Positions 11,800-24,734 are shown, numbered from the stretch's first letter. The stretch: DNA of 64,000 bases from Octopus vulgaris (GCA_951406725.2 OX597822.1:90148001-90212000); one strand, 5' to 3'. The notes: generated by a model from the letters alone, not told the origin. Translations and numbers: made by a program.

Positions 11800-11962
11800 G
11801 ACAGACTTCTTTCAGTTTCCATCTACCAAATCCACTCAAAAGGCATTGGTCGGCCCCGGGGCTATAGCAGAAGACACTTGCCCAAGATGCCACGCAGTGG
11901 GACTGAACCCGAAACCATGTGGTTGGTTATCAAGCTACTTACCACACAGCCACTCCTGCGCC
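11543..11962 (-). mobile_element. tRNA-derived SINE with internal (TA/TG)n and (AGTAAAAG)-like tail
   Basis: Head GGCGCAGGAGTGGCTGTGTGGT..GGTTCAGTCCC (A/B boxes); CORE-like TTGGGCAAGTG; many copies in the window. Confidence 0.9.
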
Positions 11963-12324
11963 TGTGTGTGTAATTCCATGTATTTAATGCTGTGCATAAT
12001 GAGGCATACTTGTATATGCTCGAGCATGTTAGCTTATATATATGTGTATGAGTACGCGTATATACACACACATATACATATACTATAAACTTACAAAGCT
12101 AGTAACTTTTAGTGGCAGGGTTTGTGTAAACTGACCATTCATCAAAGTTATTTACGACCACTACCATCCCATCAAAGCCAAAATCTTATTCTCAGCCCTT
12201 TAATATCTTATCTCTTTATCTCTTACTCTACCTTATAGTCTCAATTCTTTTGTTTTAGTTCTTTTTGTTACTTTATTCTTATTTGGCTAATTCTTATTTA
12301 TATGTGGTTCTAACTTTATTATCC

Positions 12325-12728
12325 TTACTCTTTACTCTCTTTTACTTGTTTCAGTCATTGACTGCGGCCATGCTGGAGCACCACCTTTAATCGAGCAACT
12401 CAACCTCAGGACTTATTCTTTTGTAAGCCCAGTACTTATTCTATCGGTGTCTTTTGCCGAACCGCTAAGTAACGGGGACATAAACACACCAGCATCGGTT
12501 GTCAAGCAATGCTAGAGGAACAAACACAGACACACAAACACACACACGCATATATATACATATATACGATGGGCTTCTTTCAGTTTCCATCTACCAAATC
12601 CACTCACAAGGCTTTGGTCGGCTCGAGGCTTAGTAGAAGACACATGCCCAAGGTGCCACGCAGTGGGACTGAACCCGGAAATATGTGGTTGGTAAACAAG
12701 CTACTTACCACACAGCCACTCCTGCGCC
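12325..12728 (-). mobile_element. tRNA-derived SINE, same family
   Basis: Full-length match to 11543-11962. Confidence 0.9.
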
Positions 12729-13072
12729 TACTTATTTTTACTTTTTTACTATTTTTGGTTTTATTACTCTTGTCTTTTACTTCCAGTACTCTTGCTCTTT
12801 ATTTCTTATTTTATTTTTTAACTTTTATTTTTTTTCTCTCTATTTTTCTTTTTATCTTATTTTCCTTCCTATCTTATACAAGAGAATTGAATATAAACCC
12901 ATTCCAATCTATTTAACATTCACTCTATGTTGACTGGTGATACAGTATGGGCAGATTTTCAAAATCCAATGAATCTTTATACATTTATACAGTTAGGAAA
13001 TTTTACAAATACACTTTTTCAAGGAGATATGAGAAACCTATTATAATGTACTTTTCATATTTTTCAATGTTT

Positions 13073-13163
13073 GCGGCTGAAGAGAGCTTTAAACCATCTT
13101 TTATACCAATAATACACTGATGTAAGAACGGATTGTTTATAAAGCTTGAAACACGTGTACTGC
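13073..13163 (+). ncRNA. Type I hammerhead ribozyme motif immediately upstream of a Penelope RT fragment
   Basis: Stem I GCGG/CTGC; core CTGAAGA (13077-13083); stem II GAGCTTT..AAAGCTT; GAAAC (13148-13152); palindromic stem III ACACGTGT; GTA triplet (13157-13159). Confidence 0.75.
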
Positions 13164-13269
13164 GATATCCTTTGTGTTCTGTTCTTAATTTTATTTGATA
13201 CACACACACACACACACACATAAATATATATCCCATTTCACCCCTTACAAGGGAAGTGACAAACACTTA

Positions 13270-13975
13270 GATGCATAGATAGAGACAATCTCCAAATTCC
13301 CTCTCAAACAGAACCTCCACAGAGGAGAAAAAAAAGCTTTACAAAAACTAAAAAATGACCAGTCGATCATTATAAAAGAAGTTGACAAAGGTGGGGCAAT
13401 AGTAATTATGGATACAGATCACTACAAAGAAAAGATACTGGAGATGCTTAACAACCAGACATACTATAAAGAGGAACCAACACCACCAGAGAAAGCAACA
13501 TTAAAAAAAATTGGAACATTAGTCAATGAATACCAGGACTCCTTTACAGACAAGGAGAAAGACTATTTATGCAACTCAAGAACCAAAGAAAGCAACTTTT
13601 ATGGATTACCTAAAGTTCATAAAAGCTCTGAAATACAGAGAGCTATAAAGGAACAGAGGAATCATTGTATAAGAATACAAAGGCCCACAAACCTCACAAT
13701 GAGACCAATAGTGGCAGGGCCCCAGGCGCCAACACAACAACTAAGCCATTTCATAGATGTACTCCTTAAACCTTTATGCCCACTGATACCAAGCTACATA
13801 AGGGATGACATAGACTTCCTCACACACATTCCAAATACAGTTCCGGAAAACACCATACTTGCAAGCTTCGATGTCACAAGCGTATACACGAACATACCAC
13901 ACACCCTGGGTCTGGAAGCAATAAAACAATGGGTAGAAAAATACAGGGAACTCATAGATAAACGTTTCATCCAAG
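13270..13975 (+). mobile_element. Penelope-like element RT fragment (Neptune-like)
   Basis: IIIKEVDKGGAIVIMD, FYGLPKVHK, MRPIVAG, SYIRDDIDFL, ASFDVTSVYTNIPH. Confidence 0.9.
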
Positions 13976-14199
13976 GTCGGTGAGGTGGAAATCTGTAGTT
14001 ATGCCTTGATTTTAAGTGCGTGGTGCCCACAAAATTGACCATAATCGCTCCAGAGAAGGGAAGATAAGTTTTTTTGGGGGGGTTTGTTAAACAGATACTC
14101 CAGATCATTTCCAAGGACACTGTGAAAAGAAATCTGAAAAATCTGTGCCAAAATGAAGAAATTCCAACTTGTTGGTGCTTCCTAATTCCAAAGTCAGCC

Positions 14200-14557
14200 T
14201 ATATATGTATATATGTGTGTGTCTTTGTGTTTGACACCCTGTCACCGCTTATAACCGCAGTTGCTGTACATTATTTACAATGAAGAGATAGGTGCCCTCG
14301 TAGTGTTTGTTGTTATCACGTTTCGGTTGATGTACTCTCCAGCCTCCATCATGTGTTCTAGTGGAATTTTGAACCCAACCCATTATTTGATTGATGTTGC
14401 AGTTTTTACTTCCCCATAACTTAGCAGTTTGGCAAAAAAGCCCCAATAGAATAAGTACTAGGCTTCAAAAATAAGGGGTTGTTTCGTTTGACTAAAGCCC
14501 TTCAAGGCGGTGCTCCAGCTTGGCCGCAGTCAAGTGACTGAAACAAGTAAAGGAGTA
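14200..14557 (+). mobile_element. Degenerate 3' half of the tRNA-SINE
   Basis: ..AATAGAATAAGTACTAGGCTT..GGCGGTGCTCCAGC..GACTGAAACAAGTAAA. Confidence 0.7.
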
Positions 14558-17097
14558 ACTCCACAATGTCGCCTTTCTTCTTGATGAACATCCATTGCCC
14601 TTCTATAGTCTGAGTATGGATGTTGTTATTTGGATAAAAAAAAAAAAATTGAGTGAATCATTGACCCTCATAAAAAGACCCCCATTGAATATCAAACGTG
14701 TTTCATGAAATTTTGGTATATTACTAGGCATAACTACAAATTTCTACCCCACCCCGACTTTGGATGATCATAACTGTCAGAAAAATGGATATTATTTAAT
14801 GAAATTTTGTATGAATATGTGTTATATCATGTAGATTCCGAATATACAAAAATTTTTTTAGGGGGGGTGTTTTAGGAGGGGGCAGGTGAGGAATTTCAGA
14901 AAATTCACCGGAGTCCATTTCAATTCATCTTAATTTCAAGAAAATATTTTTTAATGAAATTCTCTACAAATATACCTCAGACTATGTAGATTCCGAGGAC
15001 ATAGGAATTTTGGGGGAAAACAACTGGGGGTTATTTTTTGAGAACTGTTTCCCATTCGTGGGTGTTTCTGAACAAGTCCATATTTGTAGAGAATTTCATT
15101 AAAAATATATCCATTTTCTTGGAAGTTAAGACGAATTGAAGTGAACTCAGATGAATTTTCTAAAATTCCACACCTCACCCCCCAAATTAGGCCATGTCCT
15201 AATACGCCACATATTTTATGCACTTTAGAAATAATTCCTGGGGTTTATTCGATCTAGCAGGTCATGCAACCACATACAGGCTCTGTCGTCGGTCTCTCTC
15301 ATTAATAATTTTGTTGTTATTTAGCCTCAGATCAACCCTGATACAGCAAACCTATCATCAAAGACATTCTAGCCTTCAGAAAACAGTCTTTTTAGGGGTA
15401 ATCTTTTTACGTATAATGGGCATGTGATTTAGGTAGGGGGATACTTTGGCTGCTCTTTTTAGCGTGTCAAGCGTCCAGGTAGGAGCTATTTCATTGGTTT
15501 GATTGCGTAATGAGATTTTTTTGCACGTATATGTATGTATATATATCATTAGCAGAAGTTTGATAGTAAATCAAAAGCTGAGAGTTTCGTGTATTGGCAC
15601 TTATCAAACACGAATTTGGCCATTGTCATTCTGTAACTTCTGCCTATTATTAATGTGTGTGTGTATGTGTATGGAGGGAGATAGATAGATAGATAGACAG
15701 GCAGACAGACACATTCTCATATATGTTGCTATGAAAACATCTCTGGTTATTAACGGCATGGGGTACCGAGGAGTGTATGAATCAATTTTGGAAGTTTCCT
15801 CATAGAAAATTTGAAATTAATTATTTTCTTTTTATCATATCTTCAATCTCCATATTTTTTACACGTGGATTGAAAAATTCGAAAAATGTTAAAATTTAAA
15901 AAAATTGGGATGGGGAAGGGGAATTGAAAATTTTGAAAACATGATTTTTGACATCTTCAGAATCTCCGTCATCAAAAGCATAGGAATCCACTGAAAAGAT
16001 TAAAAAAAAAAAAAATAGGTCGATTTTTTTCGTGCCGGTATACTTGTAAACATTAATCGAAGTTTTGTTTTCAATTACTCTCAACACTGGTTGTAATCGT
16101 AACCTACACAATCTAAAATCTATCCACAGAAATTTTAATTAAAAAAATAATAAGCATTTTAGGAAAGTTTTGGGAAAAACAAAGTCAGAGTTGAGGAGCC
16201 CAGTTCAGTAGTCATGTCCGAAACGATCATCATCTAACACGCATCCTACACAACTAAATAAACAATAGCAACGCAGAAAACAAAACAAACCGCACCATTG
16301 AACAAATGTGGCACGCAAATACAAATCTGCACTCCCAAAAGACAGGAAGATGGATGTACACTCGATAGAGCAGTAGAAACTCGCGTATGTAATTAGTGTA
16401 TTCTAATTTTCAGAAACAAAAATAGAGCATCATTCGGATGAACCAAATGGGGTAATTTAGGACAAACTTAAAAAAGAAGATAATGGGGTGATATGGAACA
16501 AAGAATAAAAAGTTTAAAAGGTTACAAGGGTAAGCTCGAATTTGTGTTCTCTAATTTGTTCCAAATTATCCTTCAAAATTTGAGAATTTGAGGGGTTTTT
16601 TTGTTTTTTATTTGTGATTTGATCAGAACCTCGGCCTCTCTTTAATGGTAAAAACTTTAGTCGTGGGAACACTTCGTTGTTTTGATCCTAGTACGTCGAC
16701 TGGTACTTCATTTTATCAACCACAGAAGGATGAAAACAACAACAGTGCAATTAGAACTCATACGTAAAGACACCTGTAACTGGTAAAGTAGCATTCCCTG
16801 AACAAGTTTAATAACAATATAATTTGGTAAAGTGTGGCGTGAATACCAACGTTTTGGGCGTAGTTCTTCCTCTCTTATCTGAAAACGGGCCCCATCGAAA
16901 ACATTAAAATTCCTCTTTCTCTTTCTTTGCATCCCACGAATGTAATTCATTTTCTTTTATTTTCTTTCATTGGGATGAAGTGTGATGAATAAATAAGGGT
17001 AAAATTTTGGAATAGTTGTCCCTCGAAGTCACACACATCATGGTAAAAGAAGGTAAATAACTATGTAGTCACAACAACACGTAAAACAAAAACTTAC

Positions 17098-17414
17098 CTT
17101 TCATCACGTATATCCCGCAGACTTCGGTCCAGAGCTATAGTATCACTTGCAATTAGATTAAAAGCTTCTTTTGCGAAAACTTCTTTTTGTTTAGCCTCAT
17201 CTACTTCCAGTACGACACGTAACCCTTGTTCTCCAGGACCTTTTCGATGAGGTTCATTTTTCTGATAAGTTTCATAACGCTTTTTTCGGTATATGATTAT
17301 CTCATCATCTCTTAATTGGAAAAAGTTCCAGTACACATAAACAAAAAGTACGACAAAGATAAAAGTTAACAATAATCTAACGTTCACTCTTCTTTTTAAC
17401 CAAATCCGAAACAT
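17098..17414 (-). CDS. Polypeptide N-acetylgalactosaminyltransferase (GALNT family), first coding exon: cytoplasmic tail, TM helix, stem, start of catalytic region
   Basis: MFRIWLKRR + hydrophobic TM; GPGEQG..FNLIASDTIALDRSLRDIR is typical of GALNTs; donor AG|GTAAGT at 17098/17097. No downstream exon found in the window. Confidence 0.88.
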
Positions 17415-18194
17415 CACTAATTTAAAAAAAGGAGCAAAAAAAAAGCAGAAAATAACAGTTTGAAATTATATTAACAAATGTTTATAGTAACTAACTGGAA
17501 ATAACTTAATTAGTTTCGTGCATAATTTTCATATTGACGTTATAGTGTTTTTTAAATTGTAAGTTAGCTTCGATTTCTTTCGCAATACATATATATAATA
17601 TATATATGTGTGTGTATCTGGAGGTATGGCAGCGTACATCGATTTTTCTCAATCAAAAATAATTGACCCACGTTGGCAATTAGAAATCAACGCAGCTGTT
17701 CGGTTTGTGACGAATCTTACGGGCATTGGCGGAAATTTAATATATTATTGACAACGTTTGAGATTATATAGGATATCCTGACCCGATACCCTATATCAGT
17801 TGAAACTAACTTATACACTAAAGACTCGAAACGGAATACTGAGTTGTTTTTCATTTCCAAATTTATTTACACCAGTAACTTAGCTGTGAGAGACATGAAT
17901 ATTACATCTCATAATTTGTACGATAATGAATCACCTGGGGCTTCTGTTGTTTGTACATAACTTGTCCTTCTAAATGTAGGCGTGAACAAATATTCAAAAT
18001 CAATTATTTCATATGTTTATACTGCACTACTTTTATACGTACGTGAACGTTATTTCATATTTACTTAAAACAATTAGTGTAGTTGTAAATATTGAATTTC
18101 ATCAAGGTAGATCATAGAAAAAGGAACTGACTTGTTAATACGATTGTAATATTTTGTACCTTAAGGTAAACATAAACATTTCTCAATGTTTACG

Positions 18195-18350
18195 AGGCAG
18201 CGAGCTAGCACAATCGTTAGCACGTTGGGTAAAGATGCTTAGTGTTATTTCGCCCATTTTCTGAGTTCAAATTCCACCGAGGTCGGCTTTGCCTTTCGGG
18301 ATCGGTAAAGTAATTACTTTTTAAATAAATACTGACGTTGATGTAATGGA
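18195..18350 (+). mobile_element. Second SINE family (Nin-domain-like), degenerate
   Basis: GGCAGCGAGCTAGCACAATCGTTAGCA..GAGTTCAAATTCC..GGCTTTGCCTTTC; matches 40511-40720. Confidence 0.65.
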
Positions 18351-18971
18351 CTTTTTCTGTTTGGCTTTCACGTCCTATAATTTTATTCCAGCGGACGTCA
18401 GCGATAGGTGGCACATAAATTGGAATTTCTCCGTTTTGACTGATTTTTCAGATTTTTTTTTTATGATGATGCCTTTGAAATGATGGTGGCGGTGGGTGCA
18501 TCTTTTTCATCAAAAAAGATTTTTGTAATATGTTTGATTTTTACTTTCTATCCCTACCCGCCTACCCCTCCCCTCCGGAACGATTTTGTGGGAACAACGC
18601 ACGATGATTTTTTTTTTATTCCCATTCATTTTAAACTTGGTGTATTGATGTAGTTTTGTATCCTAGTTATGGAAATGAAATTCATTTTTATCATAAATTA
18701 ATAAATAAGAAGTTAATAGATTTTAAAGTTTGCGACTGTGGGGTAATTTTAGCCAACCGTAAGCCAAGACACATTGGTGGCTGTTTCCATAGTAACGAGC
18801 TAAACTGTTGTCTGCTACTGCACCTATATTCTAAACTTTCGTTACGAAAATGTAATAATTGTAATTTTTCATGCTGAATCTGATTTTATTATTCACTTAT
18901 TCCAGAAAAAAAAAATTCACTCAAAATATGTTACTAATTGATTAACCTTAGGTGATCCACTGGTCAGACTG

Positions 18972-19117
18972 ACCCTAATTCTAACCCTAAACCCCAACTC
19001 TAACCCTTAACTTTAGTTCTAACCCCAAACCCAAACCTTAAACTTTAATTCCAAACCTAAACCCTAACTCTAACTTTAAATCCTAACTCTAACCTTAAAC
19101 CCCAATTCTAAACCTAG
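18972..19117. repeat. Degenerate interstitial telomere-like (CCCTAA)n tract
   Basis: 6-bp periodic CCCTAA/CTCTAA/CCCCAA variants. Confidence 0.8.
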
Positions 19118-19209
19118 TGTATTTCACAGTTTGTTTAGTTTTATATTTTTATAATTTTTTTACAAAAAGAAAAACAAAATTCATCGATTATTTTTCCTTC
19201 TTATATTTA

Positions 19210-21260
19210 TATTGGTCTTTGTCCCTCATCATTGCTGCTATGTCCTGTGTCTCTCAGAGACCAGTGTCTGTCCTTAGGGTATCAATATATGTCATCCCCA
19301 GTCTCCCTTTTCTAGTGTGTCCATATAGGGGTTCCCACAGGAGCATTGAGTGCAGTATCAACTCTGGATGATGATGAGCATGTCCAGCTAGCCTCAGTCT
19401 CCTCTGTTATTTTCAAGCTATCTATTGGGAGGCTCTTGTACAGCTCTGAGTTCTTTATCCTCAGTGTATACTGATTAATGTTCAGAGCCATCCTCAGTAT
19501 TCTTGTGTAGCATCCATCCACCATCTGAATGAATTTTTTGGTCAGTGTCAAAGTCTCAGACCCCTACAACAGCACAGACTCCACTGCAGCAACGAAGAGA
19601 CAGATCTTCAGGTCTTTACAAAGGTCTGACTTCCATACAGATCTCGAACTATGGCATGCAGCCCAGGCTTTGCACTTCCTCTCAACTATATCACCCTCTG
19701 TATTCCCAATCTTTGCTCCAAGATACAGGAAGTCCTCAACCAACTCTAGTATCTTCCTGCCTATATTCATGATCTTCTCTGGCTTCTTAATGTTCTCTAC
19801 CAGATACTTCATCTTAATTTCATTCATTTTCAGCCCCACACTTATCGACACAGTCTCCACCTCCTGCATCAACTCCTCTGCCTTCCTCACTGTGTTTGTC
19901 ACCAGAACTATGTCATCAACATATTCAGCATCTGATATCTTTTTAGCCTTAACCCTCCTGCTCTGAGCCGGTGTTACAGTAAAGCCAGAGTCCTGGTGTT
20001 TCTCCAATGCAAGGTGCATACAATAGTCTACTACAATGATAAAAAGGTAGGGAACCAATGTATCTCCCTGAAGCACTCCATCCAGTATCTTAAAGAACTC
20101 TGTCATCCCATCAGGATGAATTGGTCCTTAGCAGCTTTCAGATGTTCTCTAGCTGCACACACTTTTGGGTCTGCAGAGCTGGTGTTCCTTGTCTTCTTTT
20201 TCCTCAGCACCAGGACCTCACTTGCTTCTATCACTGCTTTGGTGAAGTACCTGTACCTCCTCGTCACACTCTCCTCAGTCCCTCCAATCTCTCTTCCCTC
20301 TGCCTTTCCACACAGAGCACTAAACCTGTTCCTCATTTCTGCTGTGTATCTCTCCTGTAGCTTATCATCTTCCTTGAAAGCTCTCCAGTCATTTCTTAAG
20401 CTCACCTGGACCTTACTCATAACAGGTCGGTGGTCACTGCCCAATGTACTGGAATAGTTGTATGGTTCTGTGTTAAGAACATTATTCTGCCACTTCTTCC
20501 TCACCAGAATGAAATCAATCTGGGACTTGGACAGGTGAATATCAGAAATGTAGATCCACATTTTCCCCAGATTCTTCCTAAACCTTGGGTTGGTTGCCAT
20601 CAAGTTCACCTCCAGCAGGGTGTCTCTCAATAGTCTCCCATTTCAGTTGATGTTGTTATGGACAAATTCCTTGCTGATCCTGTGGCAGAGAAAAGGGAGA
20701 ATATGGAGGTGATGAAGGAAGAACTCTGTACCACTTACACTGAGGCCAGGGAGGAGGCACTGGTGGAAAAGATCAGAAGTATGGAGAGAGTGGTTGATGG
20801 GTCTAGATGTAAAAAGAGCTGGATGATCATCAACGAGATCACAGAGAGGAAGAAATGGGGCCTGAGGATAGGAAAAAGTAAATGGCTGGACCGAGAGCTG
20901 CCTTCCACCACCCAGAGTACAGGGTAGATCAGGCAGCTGTTTGAGGAACTGGATATTGAGATGAGACCCTTCGCCAAAGAGGATCTTCAGAGAGCCAAGA
21001 AGAAGATCAAGGAGAGCAAAGCCCATGGAGATGGAGTAGCACCAGAGGTGATGAAGAGGTGTGATTTTGATGATATCATCCTGGAGTTCTGTAACCAGGC
21101 ACTGGAAAAAGGAGTTGCTCCGAAATAGTGGAGGATCAGTAACATTGTCCGAGTACCAAAGAAAGGAGATCTCTCTAACACCAACAACTACAGCAACTGA
21201 TGTCACTCATGGCAAAAACCCTCAACGGGATCCAGCCGAAGATGGAGAAGAAGCTCCACT
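19210..21260 (-). mobile_element. Second RTE-like LINE family, degenerate; 20660-21260 is inverted onto the + strand
   Basis: Minus strand: IDFILV, SDHRPV, GVLQGDTLVPYLF, YVDDIVL, FLYLG. Plus strand: KAHGDGV, NIVRVPKKGDLSNTNNY. Confidence 0.85.
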
Positions 21261-22499
21261 GTTCACTGTTCACAATAACCACTGAAACCAACTTTACACT
21301 TGACACCAAATATTGTGTAAACTGTTCCACACAAATTGCCCAGCACCATCTCACACCCCAACTGCATGGCACCGACTACTACATAAGACTGCTCACATCA
21401 GCTTCCAGCATGAACTAATTCACCATGTGAATTTACCTATTAGTCTTTATAGTTCACCTACACGGTAAAAAGTGCACCAAAATCATGGTCTACTCTGTAA
21501 ACAGTCACAAGACCACAAAGAATTTTTTGTTTTGTTTTCACTTGAAAAACCAGAGAGTCGTGTTATAATTCACACGAATGAGAAATTATCTGAATATAAT
21601 TTTTCATTTGTAACACTACACCTTCCCTAAACGTTTTGTTGTCTTGACAAAAGTACACCATTTACAGCTTCTGATAATTATTTTCTGTGACCTGAAGCTT
21701 CTTTACTCCTACCATAATGCAATCATTTCCATCTTAAACACTGCAATTTGAATTCAAAATCTTGTGAGTTGAAAGGCATTTTCTCTTTTCTATAGCAATC
21801 CTTTTACACGTGTTGTTCTGTATGTCAGTACTACTAAAAGTAGTAGTCTGCAGACTAGTACCAGTCTATGAGTCATCAGCTGCTGGTAAGCGGCGAGTTT
21901 CCAGGAAAGAAAGAAACATTATAAAATGCTTATGGAATATTGTATTATTTGTTTACAAAATAAATACAAGATAAAAAAAATTGTTAACTTTTATTATATT
22001 GTTTCCAGTATAAATTAATATTACTAAGAAATATTACCGGTCCCTGGTACATTGGAAAAAAAAACTGCTGGTATGCCACATCAGATAGTTTGAGAAGCAC
22101 TACTGTATGTCATCCCGTTCTTTTTTCTTAAGATATTCGCCTTTAGTTCATTAATTTCCTGGGTCTCCCTTTTTTATATAACAGATTTGCCTTGAGTTCA
22201 TTAATTTTCCAGATCAGCTGAAATTTATTTTCTGACAATCTGTTGTCACTGTTCAGTGAGAACACTTGCTCTTTTAGTTTCTCATTTTCTTTCATTAAAA
22301 GATCTATATTTTGGTTCAAGGTTTTCCTATCATGTTCCTGCAAACACTGTATATGCTTTTCTTTGATTTTGTGGAAAGATTTAGTCTCCTCTACAAAGTT
22401 TTGATGAACATTTTGCAGTTCTGACTCAACATTTCTTTTATCTCTCAAACATCTTTCTGTATTGACTTCTTTTTCAGAACATTTTTGGCTACTCTGATC

Positions 22500-24734
22500 T
22501 GGTTGCTCAGTTGGATAATGGTCTATGTCAATATGGTGCTCGGCCAGATCTGTGCAATCAAGGTCCAGGTTTCTCGCAGGGAACACATCAGCATATCTCG
22601 CTAGCAGCTGCCTCAACTGCAACACTTATGTGTCAGCCAAGCACTGACAACTCCATGCAAACAGGCCTTCTAAATGTACTGACAGACCCCTACTTCCTCT
22701 TACAACACTCCTTCTGCAGGTACACTGCCTGGCAGAATCTCACAATTTCTCCTTTGCAAATCTTCTGTGCCTTCTGCAAGAAATTGGCCACCACAACCAG
22801 CACCTTATCAGCATCAGTCTCCACCAGGGTTCATCCCACCATTACTCCAACCTTCATCTTGCACTGTCTGTCAGGCTCTATTATCTCCAGACAGCTGTGA
22901 AATGAGCCACTCACACTATACTGGAGCAATAGTTCTGATCTCAGTGGGATCACTGTCATCCATAACACTTTCACCTCACCACCAGCAATGGTCCACTTTA
23001 CTACCTTGACAGGAATTGATCTTCCTTTCACCCAAAGCTTCATCGAGAAGAAGCCCAGTTGACACTGCATAGATGCCAAGTAGTCCAGACCTAAGAGACA
23101 AGGATCCTCCGTTTCCACTATGTAGACTAGAAGCATGACCTTCAGCCCAGTACAGTGCCCAATAACACCACACAACTGTTGTGATGACTCTGGTAGGTCT
23201 CGGTGTTGTAACATCTTGGGGCTCACAAAAGTTTACTCTGAGGCCAAATCAATTACAAAGCAGCACTTTTGGCTGTCAGTTCAGCCTTTCACTTGTATGC
23301 TGTCAATCACAGTCCCTTTACATCTTGGATGTGGGGCTTCTTTGGAATACTCAGCTGGTGGTTGCCCCTTAACACCAGCCCCTAGTTTTCCAACTCTATT
23401 TTCTGCTATCTTTTACCCACTATCCTGTCCCATGGAAGTGTAGGCCAGTCAAAACTGAGATGTTCCTTTTTACCACATGTCCAGCACTCTCTCCTAAGTG
23501 TGTACTTTTTACTACCATCCCGCCTTTGCTCTTTTTGTCAGGCTGTAACAATCTTGCTTCTTGTGTCCTGACTTCCCTCAGAGCCAATTTATTCCAACCA
23601 TGTCTTGTACTTTCTTCTTCAAACAGCTTTCTCTTTTATGTCCTACCTTCTCACAGTACCAACAACTTCCATTAAATCTTCCTGTTTCATGTACTTGCAC
23701 CTTCCTTGCTTTGAATCCAGAACTGTAGTCCACCTGGAATCTTCCTGTGCTAGACCTCACATACTACTCAAATTCCAGAGCTCTAGCCAATGTCTCTTGC
23801 ATAGTATTCAACTATGCTTGTTTAACTTGAACTCTGCACTCCCAGAGTATCAATAAACTGCTCTTTCAGAAGAAGAGCCAAAAGGTCAGATGTTACTGAA
23901 AGGTATGCCTTATGTGCCATGTTATCCAGGTCCTGGGCAGGCTGGCACATAGTACCATATCTTCTCTCTAACACTTCAACTAATGAAGAATAGTGGCTTC
24001 TGTCCTCTGACAAGTGGCTAAGCACCTCTAGTGCAGCACTCTTTAGACTAGTAGCAAGCTGAACTGCTCTTTGCTCTTTGTCCCATCCAGTCTGGTCTAC
24101 CAACTCAAACTGGATATAGTAGGTCTCCCATGACACTTTATCATCAAATTCTTGCGGCTGCTTATTAATAGAAATTCTACTACGGCCTTGTACTTTGCTA
24201 GGTTGGGGTCTAAATACATGCTCCCATCCATTATCCAAAAAACTACCTCCTGACCACCAGCCGGAATACCCACTCCAGAAAGAGCACCTCTGGAGGTTTG
24301 ACCATTTTCAGAATTTAACACGTCATCCACTGTCTCCATGCACTTTCTGCACATCAGCCTGAGTTTCAGCAGAACGAAACTGTTCTATGGCCTTCATTCT
24401 CTCATTAAACACTTCCAGTTTGCTTAACTGTTCATTGTACCTAGTAATATTACCAGCCTGCTCACAACTGTACTTATTCATGTATCTTTTCCTTGAACTG
24501 TTGTTCTTCCACCATTCTTTTCACAAGTGTGTCCAGCTGTCCCTGAAGACGTATGTGTTGTGCTTTCTGGCTCTTCCTTCAACTCAGTTTAACATTTTGT
24601 TCATGTAATATTTTCATAGCCAGAGACACTTCTTCCTTCACTGCCTGCTTCCTTGTATGCACTCCTTTTGGTTTTATAGTAAATAATTGGCTAACTGCAG
24701 CAATAAATATCCCACTTCTGACACCAGTTGTTAC
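22500..24734 (-). mobile_element. Gypsy LTR retrotransposon remnant (PBS, gag, CCHC knuckle, protease region)
   Basis: PBS TGGTGTCAGAAGTGGGAT; KPQEFDDKVSWETYYIQFE..LATSLKSAALEVL; CWYCEKVGHKRESC; CLLGLDYL; AEHHIDI. Confidence 0.85.
24709..24726 (-). promoter_or_regulatory. Primer-binding site complementary to the tRNA-Leu 3' end
   Basis: 18-nt TGGTGTCAGAAGTGGGAT, 2 nt after the LTR end ..GTAACA. Confidence 0.85.

Noticed and set aside
11900-11962. tRNA genes
   Set aside because: The A/B boxes belong to SINE heads; no complete cloverleaf.
16185-16235. CCGAAACGATC as a hammerhead half
   Set aside because: No CTGANGA box or supporting stems.
16708-16950. 80-aa minus-strand ORF as GALNT exon 2
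   Set aside because: No GALNT motif (e.g. SVII.FHNE).
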